Positions 23,057-34,373 of a stretch of 41,729 nt of DNA are shown here, one piece after another (the first letter of the stretch is position 1; each line of letters begins with the position of its first letter). The notes under the pieces are model-generated. The model had not been told where the DNA came from. It was given only the letters and a program-made list of their open reading frames with translations, and searched no databases. The stretch is from NCBI GenBank assembly GCA_000697455.1, contig JNET01029041.1, positions 1-41,729 of the forward strand. Reading direction: 5' to 3'. The position numbers and the translations under genes were made by a program. The DNA is from Basidiobolus heterosporus B8920. Taxonomy: Eukaryota.

Positions 23057-25183
23057 TTACAACGGGACCGTCTCACGAATGAGCCAGTCATGGGCTAGGT
23101 GGTTATGTTTGAGAAGTGGTGCAATCTTGGTGCGTGTAAGTGCGTGATAATCATTAATCCACTTGAGTTCTTCGGCATTAAGCAAAGATGTTTGGATTAA
23201 ATTACGCATCATAGGGACCATGGTGATATGCTCAAAACCAAGGTAGCCACGGTTACCGAACTGGTAGCTTGTGTTTGCTTCATTAACCAACAGTATGTTC
23301 TCTATACGTATGCCGAACTTGCCGTCTTCGTAGTAGCCAGGTTCATCCGTCACAACCATGCCTTTCGAAAGGCTTACCTCATTAGCGCCTGCTCGAGTCG
23401 CGATCCCATGAGGACCTTCGTGAACGTTCAGAAATGAACCCACGCCGTGTCCAGTACCATGTCGGAAATCAAGCCCTGCCTTCCAGAGGCTACTTCTAGA
23501 GAATGCATCAATTTGATATCCGGTAGTGCCTTGGGGGAAAACGAGTGTGTCGATAGCGATATGACCTTTCAGAACCCGTGTATAGCATTCACGTTCATAC
23601 TCCGTAGGGTTGGTGAAATGGAGGGTACGAGTAACATCAGTTGTTCCGTCACGATATTGAGCTCCAGAGTCGCAGAGATAAATCTGATTCTTATCAATGA
23701 GAGAACATGTTTCTTTTTCAGGCTTGTAATGAATGATAGCTCCATTGGGACCAGTAGAGGAGATAGTGTCAAAACTGAGGTCAAAGAAGTTAGCTTGTTC
23801 TCTTCTGAATTGTTCAAGTTTGTCAGCTCCATCAACCTCACTGATGTTTGTATTGCCCTTGTTTATCAATTCATCTTCTAGCCAGGCGAAATAGCTAATT
23901 AATGCTGCCGCATCTCTTAAATGGCATTGTCTCATACCCTCAAGCTCGATTTCATTCTTTATGCTTTTGGCATCAGCAATTGGCGAGCGAAGTTCATACA
24001 CGCTATCGGCTCCGATTGTTTCATACAAGGCGAAGTTGGCTTTATTGGACACGAGCAGTTTCTAATAAAGAGCAAAATTCCGGCGATTAATTGATGAAAA
24101 AGATCACGAATACTATGGGATTTACCTTCTGTTCGCTGGCAGCCTGAATGGATGATTTCTTTAACTCCTCCCAGATGGCATTGTAAGGGCGAACTTTGAC
24201 ATTTCCATCGATGTGCGCTTTAACCTATGTGTGAAAATTTAGTTTGGTACTGAAAATTGGTCTACCTTAAGCGCACTACTGCTAACCTCATCGGTAAGTT
24301 TCCCTTCGTTGATATACAAGATAGCATCATCGCGGGTGATCAGAGCATACGAGAAAAAGACTGGGTTGCATTGGATATCGTTTCCGCGCAAGTTAAGAAG
24401 CCATGCGATCTCATCCAAAGCAGATACTACGAAACCATAAGCATTGTGCTTTTGGAGCTCTTCTCGAAGCTGTTGAAGTTTGTCCTCCACCGAACGACCT
24501 GCATATTTCATGGGGTGAACAAAGACTTGATTTGAAGGGAAACTGGGTTGATCTTCCCATATCTGGTCAATTAAATTTTCCCGAATAGTAACTAGAGTCG
24601 AGTTGACTCCTTGTAATTTTTCCCCGAGTTTTCTCGCTTCAGGAGCAGTAATGAGTTTAGGGTCTATGCCAACTCGAGACCCGACTGGGAGGTTTGTAAC
24701 AACATACTCTTGCCAGGTTGGAACTCCAGGAAGCCCTTGTTTCATGAGAGTCCAGTTGTTATCCAGTTGCTTGGAAGCTTGAAGAAAGTAGCGACCATCA
24801 GTAAAAAGAGCAGCTGCTTCAGTAGAAACAACAGCGCAACCAGCAGACCCAGTGAAACCAGAGATATATGGTCTACGGTTATCACAGTCAGCAGTATACT
24901 CACTCTGGTGGGCATCCTCACTTGGAATCACATAGGCCTGAAGATTGTATTCTTTCTTAGCCATTAGCTCTCTAAGCTTGGTTAAACGGTCAGTTGTGTT
25001 GGTTACTGACACATCAACGGAATAAGGACGTTCAAAACGAGTAGTTAAACGCAACTTGTCTGCTGTAAAACTGGCAGTTTTATATTTACCAGCAAGTTGG
25101 GTCGTAGGGGAAGATATTGTTGTAGTTCTGAGACCACGAGCAACAGAAGCACTGGGTATGCAATTTCTAAACAGGAATCGCAT
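23057..25183 (-). CDS. Xaa-Pro aminopeptidase (aminopeptidase P, M24B; XPNPEP1/Fra1 type) with N-terminal presequence, 3 exons
   Basis: Exons 25183-24287, 24224-24126 and 24061-23057. Motifs [67 protein letters not shown]. Confidence 0.95.
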
Positions 25184-25735
25184 GATTTATTAAGCAGATA
25201 GTGGTTTCTCTGGAAGAGGAATAAAACCAAACTTTTTCTGACTGTGTAATTTCATCATGCTTTGATGATGGCTATGGTGAGATGTTGCTTTAGCGTATGC
25301 GACAGATAATTCTTCAATAACGCTGAGCCAGCCAATGAGATGAGAAAAATTTAAGGCACAAGCCGTATACTATATAGATGAATATATATATAAGCATCTA
25401 TTGAAATTAATTCACATATGGCTCATTTCTTGCTTATTCTCATCGTCACAACTTACAACACAACTGTTTCACATAGGGACAAGTATTTATTAAAGAGAAA
25501 TGGTTCAAAATAAATGAATACACTGGGCTATACAGAATGTCGAATCAAATACGTGGATCTATCCTTGAGGAAGTAAGAACGATGATCAATTCTCACCAGC
25601 CTTTGAGGTGGGAAAATTGGTGAACAGGTGTAATAAATATTAGATAAATTCTGGGGTCGCAGGAGCAAACTTCCCAAGGTTGACGACAATACGAGCGAAA
25701 CAGTGAATGTGGCAATTCGAAGAAGCGGATTGCGA

Positions 25736-28696
25736 TTATGCCTCGAATGAAAAGTTGCGACCTCTACCACGGCCTCTAGGTCTCCCACGTCCCCGGAAGG
25801 TAGACGGCCTAGAGGGATCCGTATCGTCAAAGTGGCCATCAGGACCGCGTCTTGATGGGTTAGCTAACACACGTGGTCGGTTGAATGTTTGCTCACGGTG
25901 TTCAGCTCTGTTGATCTTTAGTATACCACCGTTCCATTCACATCCATCTTTTCTTTGACCGCGATCCATACTCTCTGCATCTCTGAAGTTGACGAAACAA
26001 AAAGCCCTCTGCTGTCCGGTGTGACGATCATGCAGTAATTTCACTTGGCTGATTGAATTTCGCATAGATCCGAAGATGCTTTTCACGTCCTCTTCTGTAT
26101 ACGGAATTTTATTGAATCCGCCAACCCAAAGAGTATACGGTTCGGTAGATGGTGTAGGGCCTGCCTTCGTAGCATCTGCATCAGCCCAAACGCTTGCACT
26201 AGCTCCTATCCCAAGCTTAGAACTTTGCACAGGTCCGTTTTCATTATGCTCTGATGATAGTGGGCCCGTAGAAGCGACGGCCGATAAAGCCTGATCGTTT
26301 TGAACGTTCAGGTCAACCCAACTTTCATTTTCCTCATATACATCTTCACTCCAATCGATCATGTGACCTTTGGTAGGATTCTCAGGTAGATCCTCATCCC
26401 AGTTCATGGGCCCGTCAAATACTGGCTCATCCCAGTTCATTTGGCCCAAATCTTCCGCTACCACATCGTCCCAGCTGGTAGTACATTTTTGTTGATCGCA
26501 TGCGCCATTCTCTAGCTTGGCTGAATCTCCGTTGGATTCGATTTGGAGGTTTGATAGGGCTTCGTCTATTTTGATCCCATTAGTACCGTTCTTGACAGAT
26601 TTCGAGCCCTCATCTGATAATCGTAGGAATTCGTTAGTTGTTGCAAGCAATAATAATAATAGAATCTTTGTTTAAGTCGCATTACCTCCATTTGTGACCA
26701 CATTGCCAACAGTTGGATTCTTGTTGGTCGCGAATTTCAACGCATTCTTCAGACGGTGGCCAAAACTGATTCCTTTTAACGAAATACCTCAGCACTTATT
26801 CAGAGCTCTACAGTGACGTTGAACCTTACCTGTTGATTTTGTCTCAGCGGCGATGAGGCCATTTGAGATGTCTAACACCAAAGAGCCTTTTGCCAATTCG
26901 GGTAGTCCAAATGTCCAACAGCGCTCCAGCAGACTTTCGGTTTCAGGAAGTTCATTCAAAATGGCAAGTCCACTCTTCAGCCACTGCATTTGCTGTGGGC
27001 TAAATTAAAGGTGGAATTAGCTCTATGTTGGAGCAAACCAGGTCTGAGAGGACCCGTTACCTGTAGTTGTTTTCAACATCTGCCCGAATCCTATCCCAAA
27101 GCTCCACAAGACTTGAGCGAGCTTTGATTAGTTTCTCTTGGTAAGCCTCAGGATCAGAAAGATTGGTTGTTTCGATGTAGCTTAGGCAATATTGGGCGGC
27201 TTCCTCCGGGGAAATAGTATAATCCACCTAGTGGAAAATCTCATTGTTAGCTCTATAGGCGTTGAAATGAAGTGTACAACTAGTTACATTAAGTGTGTGT
27301 GCCAACTGCGCTATAACCGTATGCCTGGTTGGGGAAGCTGTAGTCATTAAGATTCGGACTTCGGATGGATCGTAAACCTGAATATTTTCTAAGAACGATT
27401 GCCTAGAGTTACATGAAAGTCAAAATGCGCCTACCTTTTGTGCTGTCTCGATGGCTCTTCCCATTTGAACAAGTTTGATGTATGGATCATTCAATTGACC
27501 TATAGAAGAAAATCAATATTCATTTCTCGGGTTTTTGATGAGTATAGATATTGCATTACGTTCGGGGGTAAACAACTGCTGAGGCGAGTAGTCTCCAGAC
27601 ACTCCCAATAAGCGTATCCTGGTTCCACCTACCTCGATTAAGCCGCTACTACCGCAGTGTAAAATATGAAGTTGAGGAATGGCAGTCTTTTCGTCCAGTA
27701 GTTTCTTTAGAATAACAGGATCCTCGTTATGCCCATAAATTGTGAAAACAGGAGCATCGAATTTGAAGACGCCCGAAAGGGCAGATGGAAATTGAGAGAG
27801 TTCGAGACAAGCTGGTTCTTTGCGAAGGCTCTCTATTGGCAAGCTGTTTAACTCTAATTTTTCCTCTTTGGAGAGTAGCGGACTAGATGTAATTATATCT
27901 CTGAGGGTGCTGTTTTGAGAAACTTCTTGCTTAGGATGGGTTCATTGCAAAGTAGTATGTACTGACACATATATAATTGTCTACCTTTCTGAGAGTCGAG
28001 TAGAACTTTCGGAATCTAGAGAAATTTAAAGTTGATTAAAGAGATTGATAAACGCTTGTCTCAGGAAGAGCTACCATAGAAACCGAATTCGCCACAATGT
28101 AGAACTGCCACAGCTTCATAACGTTTTATCAGCTGGTTGAGGTAAGATAAGTTGCCTAAAGTTGATTAAATTGTAACGTATCAATAATGGCGCTAAGTCG
28201 AAATGATTCAGGCTAAAAACAATGGAAACTGTTGGATGGGCAATTTCGTGTATATAGAAAGGAAATGACATAAACATGTCATCCTCGTACCTCTGATATT
28301 GGAAACACATAACAGCCTTCCAGCTCGTGTACCAAACAACTTGACGTTCTTACTATCTAGTTCTGAGGAGTAACCATCGAGTGTTTTCATGGACTCTTTT
28401 CTAGATGTGAAATCTAAAGTTCTCGCGTTAGTAATTGATTAAAAAAAACAAGAGCAAGGAGAAAATATCAAGGTTTTCTATTTACTTTCTACAGGTTTGT
28501 CGGTTTGACTTTTGATGATACTTGATACAACCTCATCCGAAGAGATCTCTGAGCCTCCTTTTACTGACCAGTTTTGCCAGCTAGTGGCATCGTATTGAGG
28601 AGCAAATGAACCTTCTGAAGCGTCTCTAGATTTAGGGATTCGATTGGATTTCATTGAGGGTTTGCGAAAATTCTTGACCTTCTGCTGCTCAGTCAT
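25736..28696 (-). CDS. DUF2433-type metallophosphoesterase-fold protein (degenerate) with C-terminal RRM and RG-rich tail, multi-exon
   Basis: Spliced GRLLCVSNIRG|NLSYLN...LHCGEFGFYD...PVFTIYGHNED...IRLLGVSG...LVQMGRAIETAQKVYDPSEVRILMTTASP...IAAETKSTG follows the fungal DUF2433 family pattern. RRM with RNP2 LWVGGF and RNP1 RAFCFVNF, followed by RGRGRPRGRGRGR. The 5' end is approximate. Confidence 0.75.
26393..26440 (-). repeat. Intragenic direct repeat (15 bp, 33 bp period) encoding MNWDE twice
   Basis: CTCATCCCAGTTCAT at 26393-26407 and 26426-26440. Confidence 0.85.
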
Positions 28697-29255
28697 TTTG
28701 AAGAATTAAAGCCAAGAACTACGAAAATTAGAACACTAATAAGAAATCAAACTCTTTAACACTAATTATTTAATTGGAAAAGATCAATATGGTATTTTCA
28801 CGTCACGAGTCCGGGAAATGGGCTTCAATTTATTATTATATCATCGGGATATTTGGTTCATTGCTTGACTCATCTAATGCAACCAATGAATAGCAGTTCA
28901 GGAATTTTGGGTTAAGCTTCGATTTTGACTCGACAGAAATATTGTTGAATGATCACGGTTGTGGTGTATCTCGCGAGATGGACCGCGAGTGTACTTGGTA
29001 GAATAGCATGTATTAAAAACTTCCATCAGCTGTACTCAAATCTACTTGCTGATCCGGTTGTTGATCTTTTAGTTCCTCCAAAGAGCCGGTCTATAATTAA
29101 TCAACTCATTGGCTATCTATTCCCTGGCGATTTCAACATACTGCTCATCCAAGTAATTCTTCAAATTTCTGCGGCAATTTCTCCTGATCCATTTAGCAAT
29201 TTATTTATTATCGAGTTGCACTTGCACTTGATTTCATTCCTCCACTTCCAGAGTC

Positions 29256-32200
29256 ATGAGAAAGAAAACAAAAGCTGACATGGGAAACCTTTTCGAGAAT
29301 ATAACTATCTATGTAAGCCCTTGGCTAGAAAGAAAAGAATACGAAGAGGTATTATATACGTTGATATACAAATACTCGAGAAGAGAGAAGTTCAACTTTG
29401 ACCATTTTCATCGAATGTTTTGTGAATTGTAGGTTAAAAAAACCCTAGTAGAACATGGGGCTTTCTTGGTAAAAGATAGGAGAGGACACGAGAATTTGTA
29501 TTTGATAACGAGGGAGATCAGTGACAGTTTCGATATAGAAAATTGTACAGTTGTTACGGTACGCATACGAGGGTACATCTTTCTAAAATAACTACCTAAA
29601 CTTACGAATTGTCTGTTTAGCCAAACTGGGTATATCAAACCATTCTCATGGGAAGTTTACAAAGGTTTATCTTTCGTTTGACTTTTGACTCGACTATTGG
29701 TTAACATGTTTGTAGTGAAGCTGCTTTTTCTCCCGATCCTTTTCGAGTGTTTTCAGGATCTACCATAACGTCGGTGCATGTAAGAATAAATGCTATTTAC
29801 TCTTTTATTATCAGACTAGAATTAATGTTTCTCTGCTAGTTATCAGAATTTGATCAAGATTCCTTATTTGCGGGAGTAGAAGAGTTAGGCGGCCGGTGTA
29901 GTGTAGATTATACGAAGGATGTTACCCACCTTGTAGCTGCCTATCCAGACGGAGTACGCATGAGTTCAATGATAAAATATGGCTTTTAGGCGGATGTTAT
30001 CGTGCTAATTGCTTATTCTCGTATTAGGATACGTATGAGAGGGCAATTGCGAACAATCAGTGCAAAGTAGTGCTCCCGCATTGGATCGATGATAGCTTGA
30101 AGCTTCGACGAATACTTCCCGAAGTAATTTACTTATATCCGAAGACGTTCACTCTTCAATACAACTAACATTTGTTCTCCTGTCAGAAAATTTACGAATA
30201 CCCCGAGCCCTCCATATATAAACTGTTTCTTGATCAAGAGGAGGCAAAGGTATACTCAGCACCCTTACAAACTAATCGGATTCCCGAATTCTTTCCTGAA
30301 GATCAAACAGTTCCTGTGCCCGATTCAAAGTTTCTTGAAGGATATACATTTTTACTCTTAGATGACTTGGGTCTTATTTCTGAGATCAAAAAGGTCTTAC
30401 ATGAAAGACTTGAGCAAGCAGGAGCTAAAGTAGCGACATATTATTCGAAGAACGTGAGCTGTGTTGTGTGTAAATATCGCTTAGGCAACACATATATTCA
30501 AGTAAGCAATGCTATACAAGCTTGGCCAAGTAGGACCTTCGAAGATAACTCTTTCCTAGGCTTCTCGTGATCAAAAGATCATAGGAAACTCCACTTGGCT
30601 TTACTATATTTTAAACATGGGTAAAATCTGTAACCCACTGAGATTTCTACTTCATTATCCTCTTCCAAAGGGGGGAATTCCTCAGTTTCAATCCTACGTA
30701 AGTCAAGTAATCTTTATATCGGATCTGTGGGTGCCAGATTTATCCCAGCATTGATAATCTAATCGATGTACCTAGACGATTACCCTGACGAACTATATCG
30801 GTAATGCTCGTGAATATCTAAAAAGATTGATCATTGGAATGGGTGCAACGTACACAGGCCACATGGCATCTGGTCATTCGCATTTGATCTGTGGAAGGTA
30901 GGATTCTCAAATGGATTTTCATATGTACAGCTTGCTCATATTTTTTCAAGTCTTGGCGGAGAAAAGTGCCGTAAAGCGCAGGAATGGAATGTCAATATCG
31001 TTAATCATTTGTGGCTAGAGGATTGCTTTCGTTCATGGACATTACATAGTATCACCAAGCATCAATACACCTATTTCCCGAATGGGATCAACTTGACAGA
31101 TGTGATAGGACAATGCACACAACTCTCTAAGAAAGTGACTGAGTGGTACATGAATATTGAATGCAATATTGAGCATACATCGCATCCAAAGTCACATGAA
31201 ACTCCTAAGAAAAATATAGATAATACCACCAATGCAGTTGCAAGAGAGCACTCAAGTAATAGCAACTTAGATTTTGAAACGAACCCTTTTATGAAAACCT
31301 CCTTGGCTGACAAATCAAATAGACCAGTAACAGTAAAAAAGACGAGACAACTTCAACTCGGACTAAAATGCAAGAACGAAGGCTCAAAGAGTCGATTTAA
31401 TAAAGAGGAGGACTTAAGTAAGAAAGACGAGGCTGAGGATTTATTGGCTCTTGAGAAAAAAACCGACAGACCCGAAATAATTGGTGAGCAGCTGGATGAC
31501 AAGTAGGCTCTTGATTACTTCTACACTCTAATTATCCAGCCATTTAATGGAGAGCGTGTATTTTGCCAGGACTACGTTACGCACACTCAAAAAGCAAAAA
31601 AAACCAGCTAATACCAAGCAGAGTAGTACTGAATCAACAACAACAATAACAAAGGTATTATCAAAGCCCATTCGAATCTTAAGCACTGGAGTAAAATTAA
31701 CGGAAAGAGAAATTAAGGTATTAGCTTATTGTAAACACTACTAGTGATTTAACTAACAGTCTGAATTGAAACATAGGGGATCAAAGCATTGGGAGCCAAA
31801 GTCGCCAGTTCCCCGAAAGACTGCACACATCTTATAGCAAACCAAGCAACTCGAACCGAAAAGTTCCTTTCAGCAATCTCGGTAGCAGAGTATATTTTAA
31901 CCCGAGATTGGATCAGTCAAAGCTTAAAAGCTCACACTTTCTTGGGTAAGACTAGCTATTTCATTTTTATTTTTATAGAAACCAGTTTCGATTTCTAATC
32001 AACTCTAACGCAGACGAAGAAGAGTTTCAGTTGAAGGATGAAGCGGCAGAAAAAAGCTATCAATTCTCTCTGAAAGAGTCCCTGATAAGAGCCAAAACTA
32101 AGAAGCTTCTGGATAAGATGACCATCTACATCACACCAAATACACAACCGAAAGCTAGCACGATGAAAATTCTAATCGAATGTGCTGGAGGGAAGGTAAG

Positions 32201-32478
32201 AGGCCAACCCAAACAATCTCTATTCCATACCAGCTAAGATTTTTAATCTAATTTAGCTGGTCACTACATTCCCACGCAAACGTCAACGTTCCAATACTAG
32301 CGCAAGTCCCAGCTCATCACTTAATTCAACTGATTTGGTTGCCATCTCCTGCGACGAAGACTGTTTATTATGGGAAACTCTACCTGAGAATACTCCTCTC
32401 TTCACATCAGAATTTATCCTTACAGGGTTATTAAAACAGGAACTTAACTGGGGACCTGAGTTCAGCCTCAGAGAATGA
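29256..32478 (+). CDS. Multi-BRCT DNA-damage scaffold (Brc1/Rtt107/PTIP-like), many exons
   Basis: Repeated BRCT motifs (FSPDP..VF, VTHLV, VVLPHWIDDSLKL, LLHYPLP, TNYIGNAREYLKRLI, VNHLWLEDCF). C-terminal tandem BRCT has ILSTG and CTHLIA...RTEKFL, the phosphopeptide (gamma-H2A) pocket. Confidence 0.87.
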
Positions 32479-34373
32479 ATTGGCAGTAATGTTTCAAATA
32501 CGACTTGCGGCCAAGTTAGCTTGTACACCATAGGGGATAAATCATTACGATAAATCAATATACTAATGCTAAACATCTAATAAACATAGAAATATACATA
32601 TGACTCAATCGAGTTGATATGAGTATAAGTGACAAATCAGAGTGCATAAACTTTACTAATGATTTGGCAAGTATCAAAAACCATCTTCTATCAATTTCCC
32701 TAGCAGGTAACGACGAACTTGTGATAAGTTTGTGTTGAAGACTCATTGGCCCGAAGGAAGAAGTGAATATTTGCTTTTCTAAGACATCATTAAACAGAAG
32801 GCTACTGACAAATGCATTTGAAACGTCCTCCTAGTTGAATAGCTCACGATGACAGTAGTCCACCTTAGCTAATAATAGGTTGTGTCGGATCCATGGCCAA
32901 TCCAATGAAAAGTAGGTGCTAGTGGGTGATCCTTACATAGTGAAGATTCTAAACATACGATGTTCTCAGTTTGTTGTATTTAGCAGTGTGATCAAACTGA
33001 GACTAGTTACCCAGTTTGTCGATGTTTCTTAATTCCACCTAGCTTTCTCATCGCTCTGATCCCTGAGGTACCATTGACGTTTCTCCCGTATAATCGGGGA
33101 AAATAGTGGAGGCTATGATAATTGAGAGGCAGGTTCCGAATGTGCTTATGATCAGGGAATCAATCAGTGATATTCTAAGCACAAAATCGAAACTCCGATA
33201 AAATGATCGTTGATCTAAACCAGGCCCTCCCAATCAGCATTTATTAGTTGTGAGGTACAGGCTTGGTGTGAATTCGGTACGCTTCAGCACACTGGACGTG
33301 GGAAAGCCATTCAACTAGAACCAAGGTTCAGTTCTGAAGTGGTATTAGCATCACGCATAGAAACTTTGATCCCCTTCCGGAAATGAGACCAGTTCAATAC
33401 CACACCTGATAGACATACATCCACACACCCGGTCCTACCCGTTGTGCCTACTGCGTAGATTTATTTAGGTTCTTGCAGGAGTACTACATCATTCTATGAA
33501 TCATTCATTTTAAACATCCCAAAAACGCAAAAAATCCTGTCTTTGAAGCATGTGACAAAGGTGTGATCAATCAAATACTTAACAAACACACGACAATGAC
33601 GCAAACCCCCTTCACACTTCAAAGCATGTTTACTTAGGATAATCCCCTGAGTTTAATCCGTTATTGTTAAAGGCAACACACTGCATAACTTGAACTCTGC
33701 CTCGTGATAGGCTATCCACGTGTAACTTGGTCAATATTTCCCTTACTTTTGATCTGTGGTCTCGTGCAATGAATCATCAGATGCATTGAAGTATTACAAT
33801 CGTCAATACTCTAAAAAGGGAAAAGGGAAAATAGCTAATATTAAGCCCAACCTTACTCTTAAAATTTCTCACCCTCATGAACAGTCACACTTGTATGACA
33901 TTCACTTTATCTTCCTTTGTCATTCAATCCAAACCTAATCTAATATGTCCTACATTTGCCCGATTTCTTCCTGGCCTGATTCCTTGCTTATTTCTGGTCG
34001 CCTAGCATAAACAGAGAAATCATTGAAATCATTGAAATCCCCGAAAATATACCAGTCAAAATGGTATCCGAGGGTTCGCAACGATTTCCTATTAAATTTG
34101 GATTATTCCGAAATGGGATGAGTGTTTCACAGAATTGAATAAATAAGTTGTGCTGACCTTCCCACGAACTGGACATTCAAGCCTTACTCTTCCATCACTG
34201 CTCTACTTCTTGAGATACACATAACTATACTCTTTAAAAACTATTCTATCCTTAAGACTATATTCAGTATAGTTAAAGAGAAGCCTCAACATAATCTTAT
34301 TGTCTTGACGTTAGCTTGCATCCTTAAACAAGTGTCTGTTTGTTAAGTACCTACCCATTCTGTGAATTTTAGA

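Noticed and set aside
28949..29278. 109-aa ORF upstream of the BRCT gene
   Set aside because: No motif; it occupies the divergent promoter/5' UTR, and a better ATG for the BRCT gene lies at 29256.
33265..33406. Nested short stems (CTTCAG/CTGAAG, GTGGTATT/AATACCAC) suggesting RNase P-like or other structured RNA
   Set aside because: Stems are only 6-8 bp and the RNase P conserved regions are not in convincing form or order. An Infernal/Rfam search would settle it.
33360..34130. Roughly 24-bp imperfect inverted similarity and scattered CCG/CGG triplets upstream of PEPCK (possible Zn2Cys6 carbon-source elements)
   Set aside because: No exact CSRE or CCG-N7-CCG spacing was found, and the similarity is within chance.
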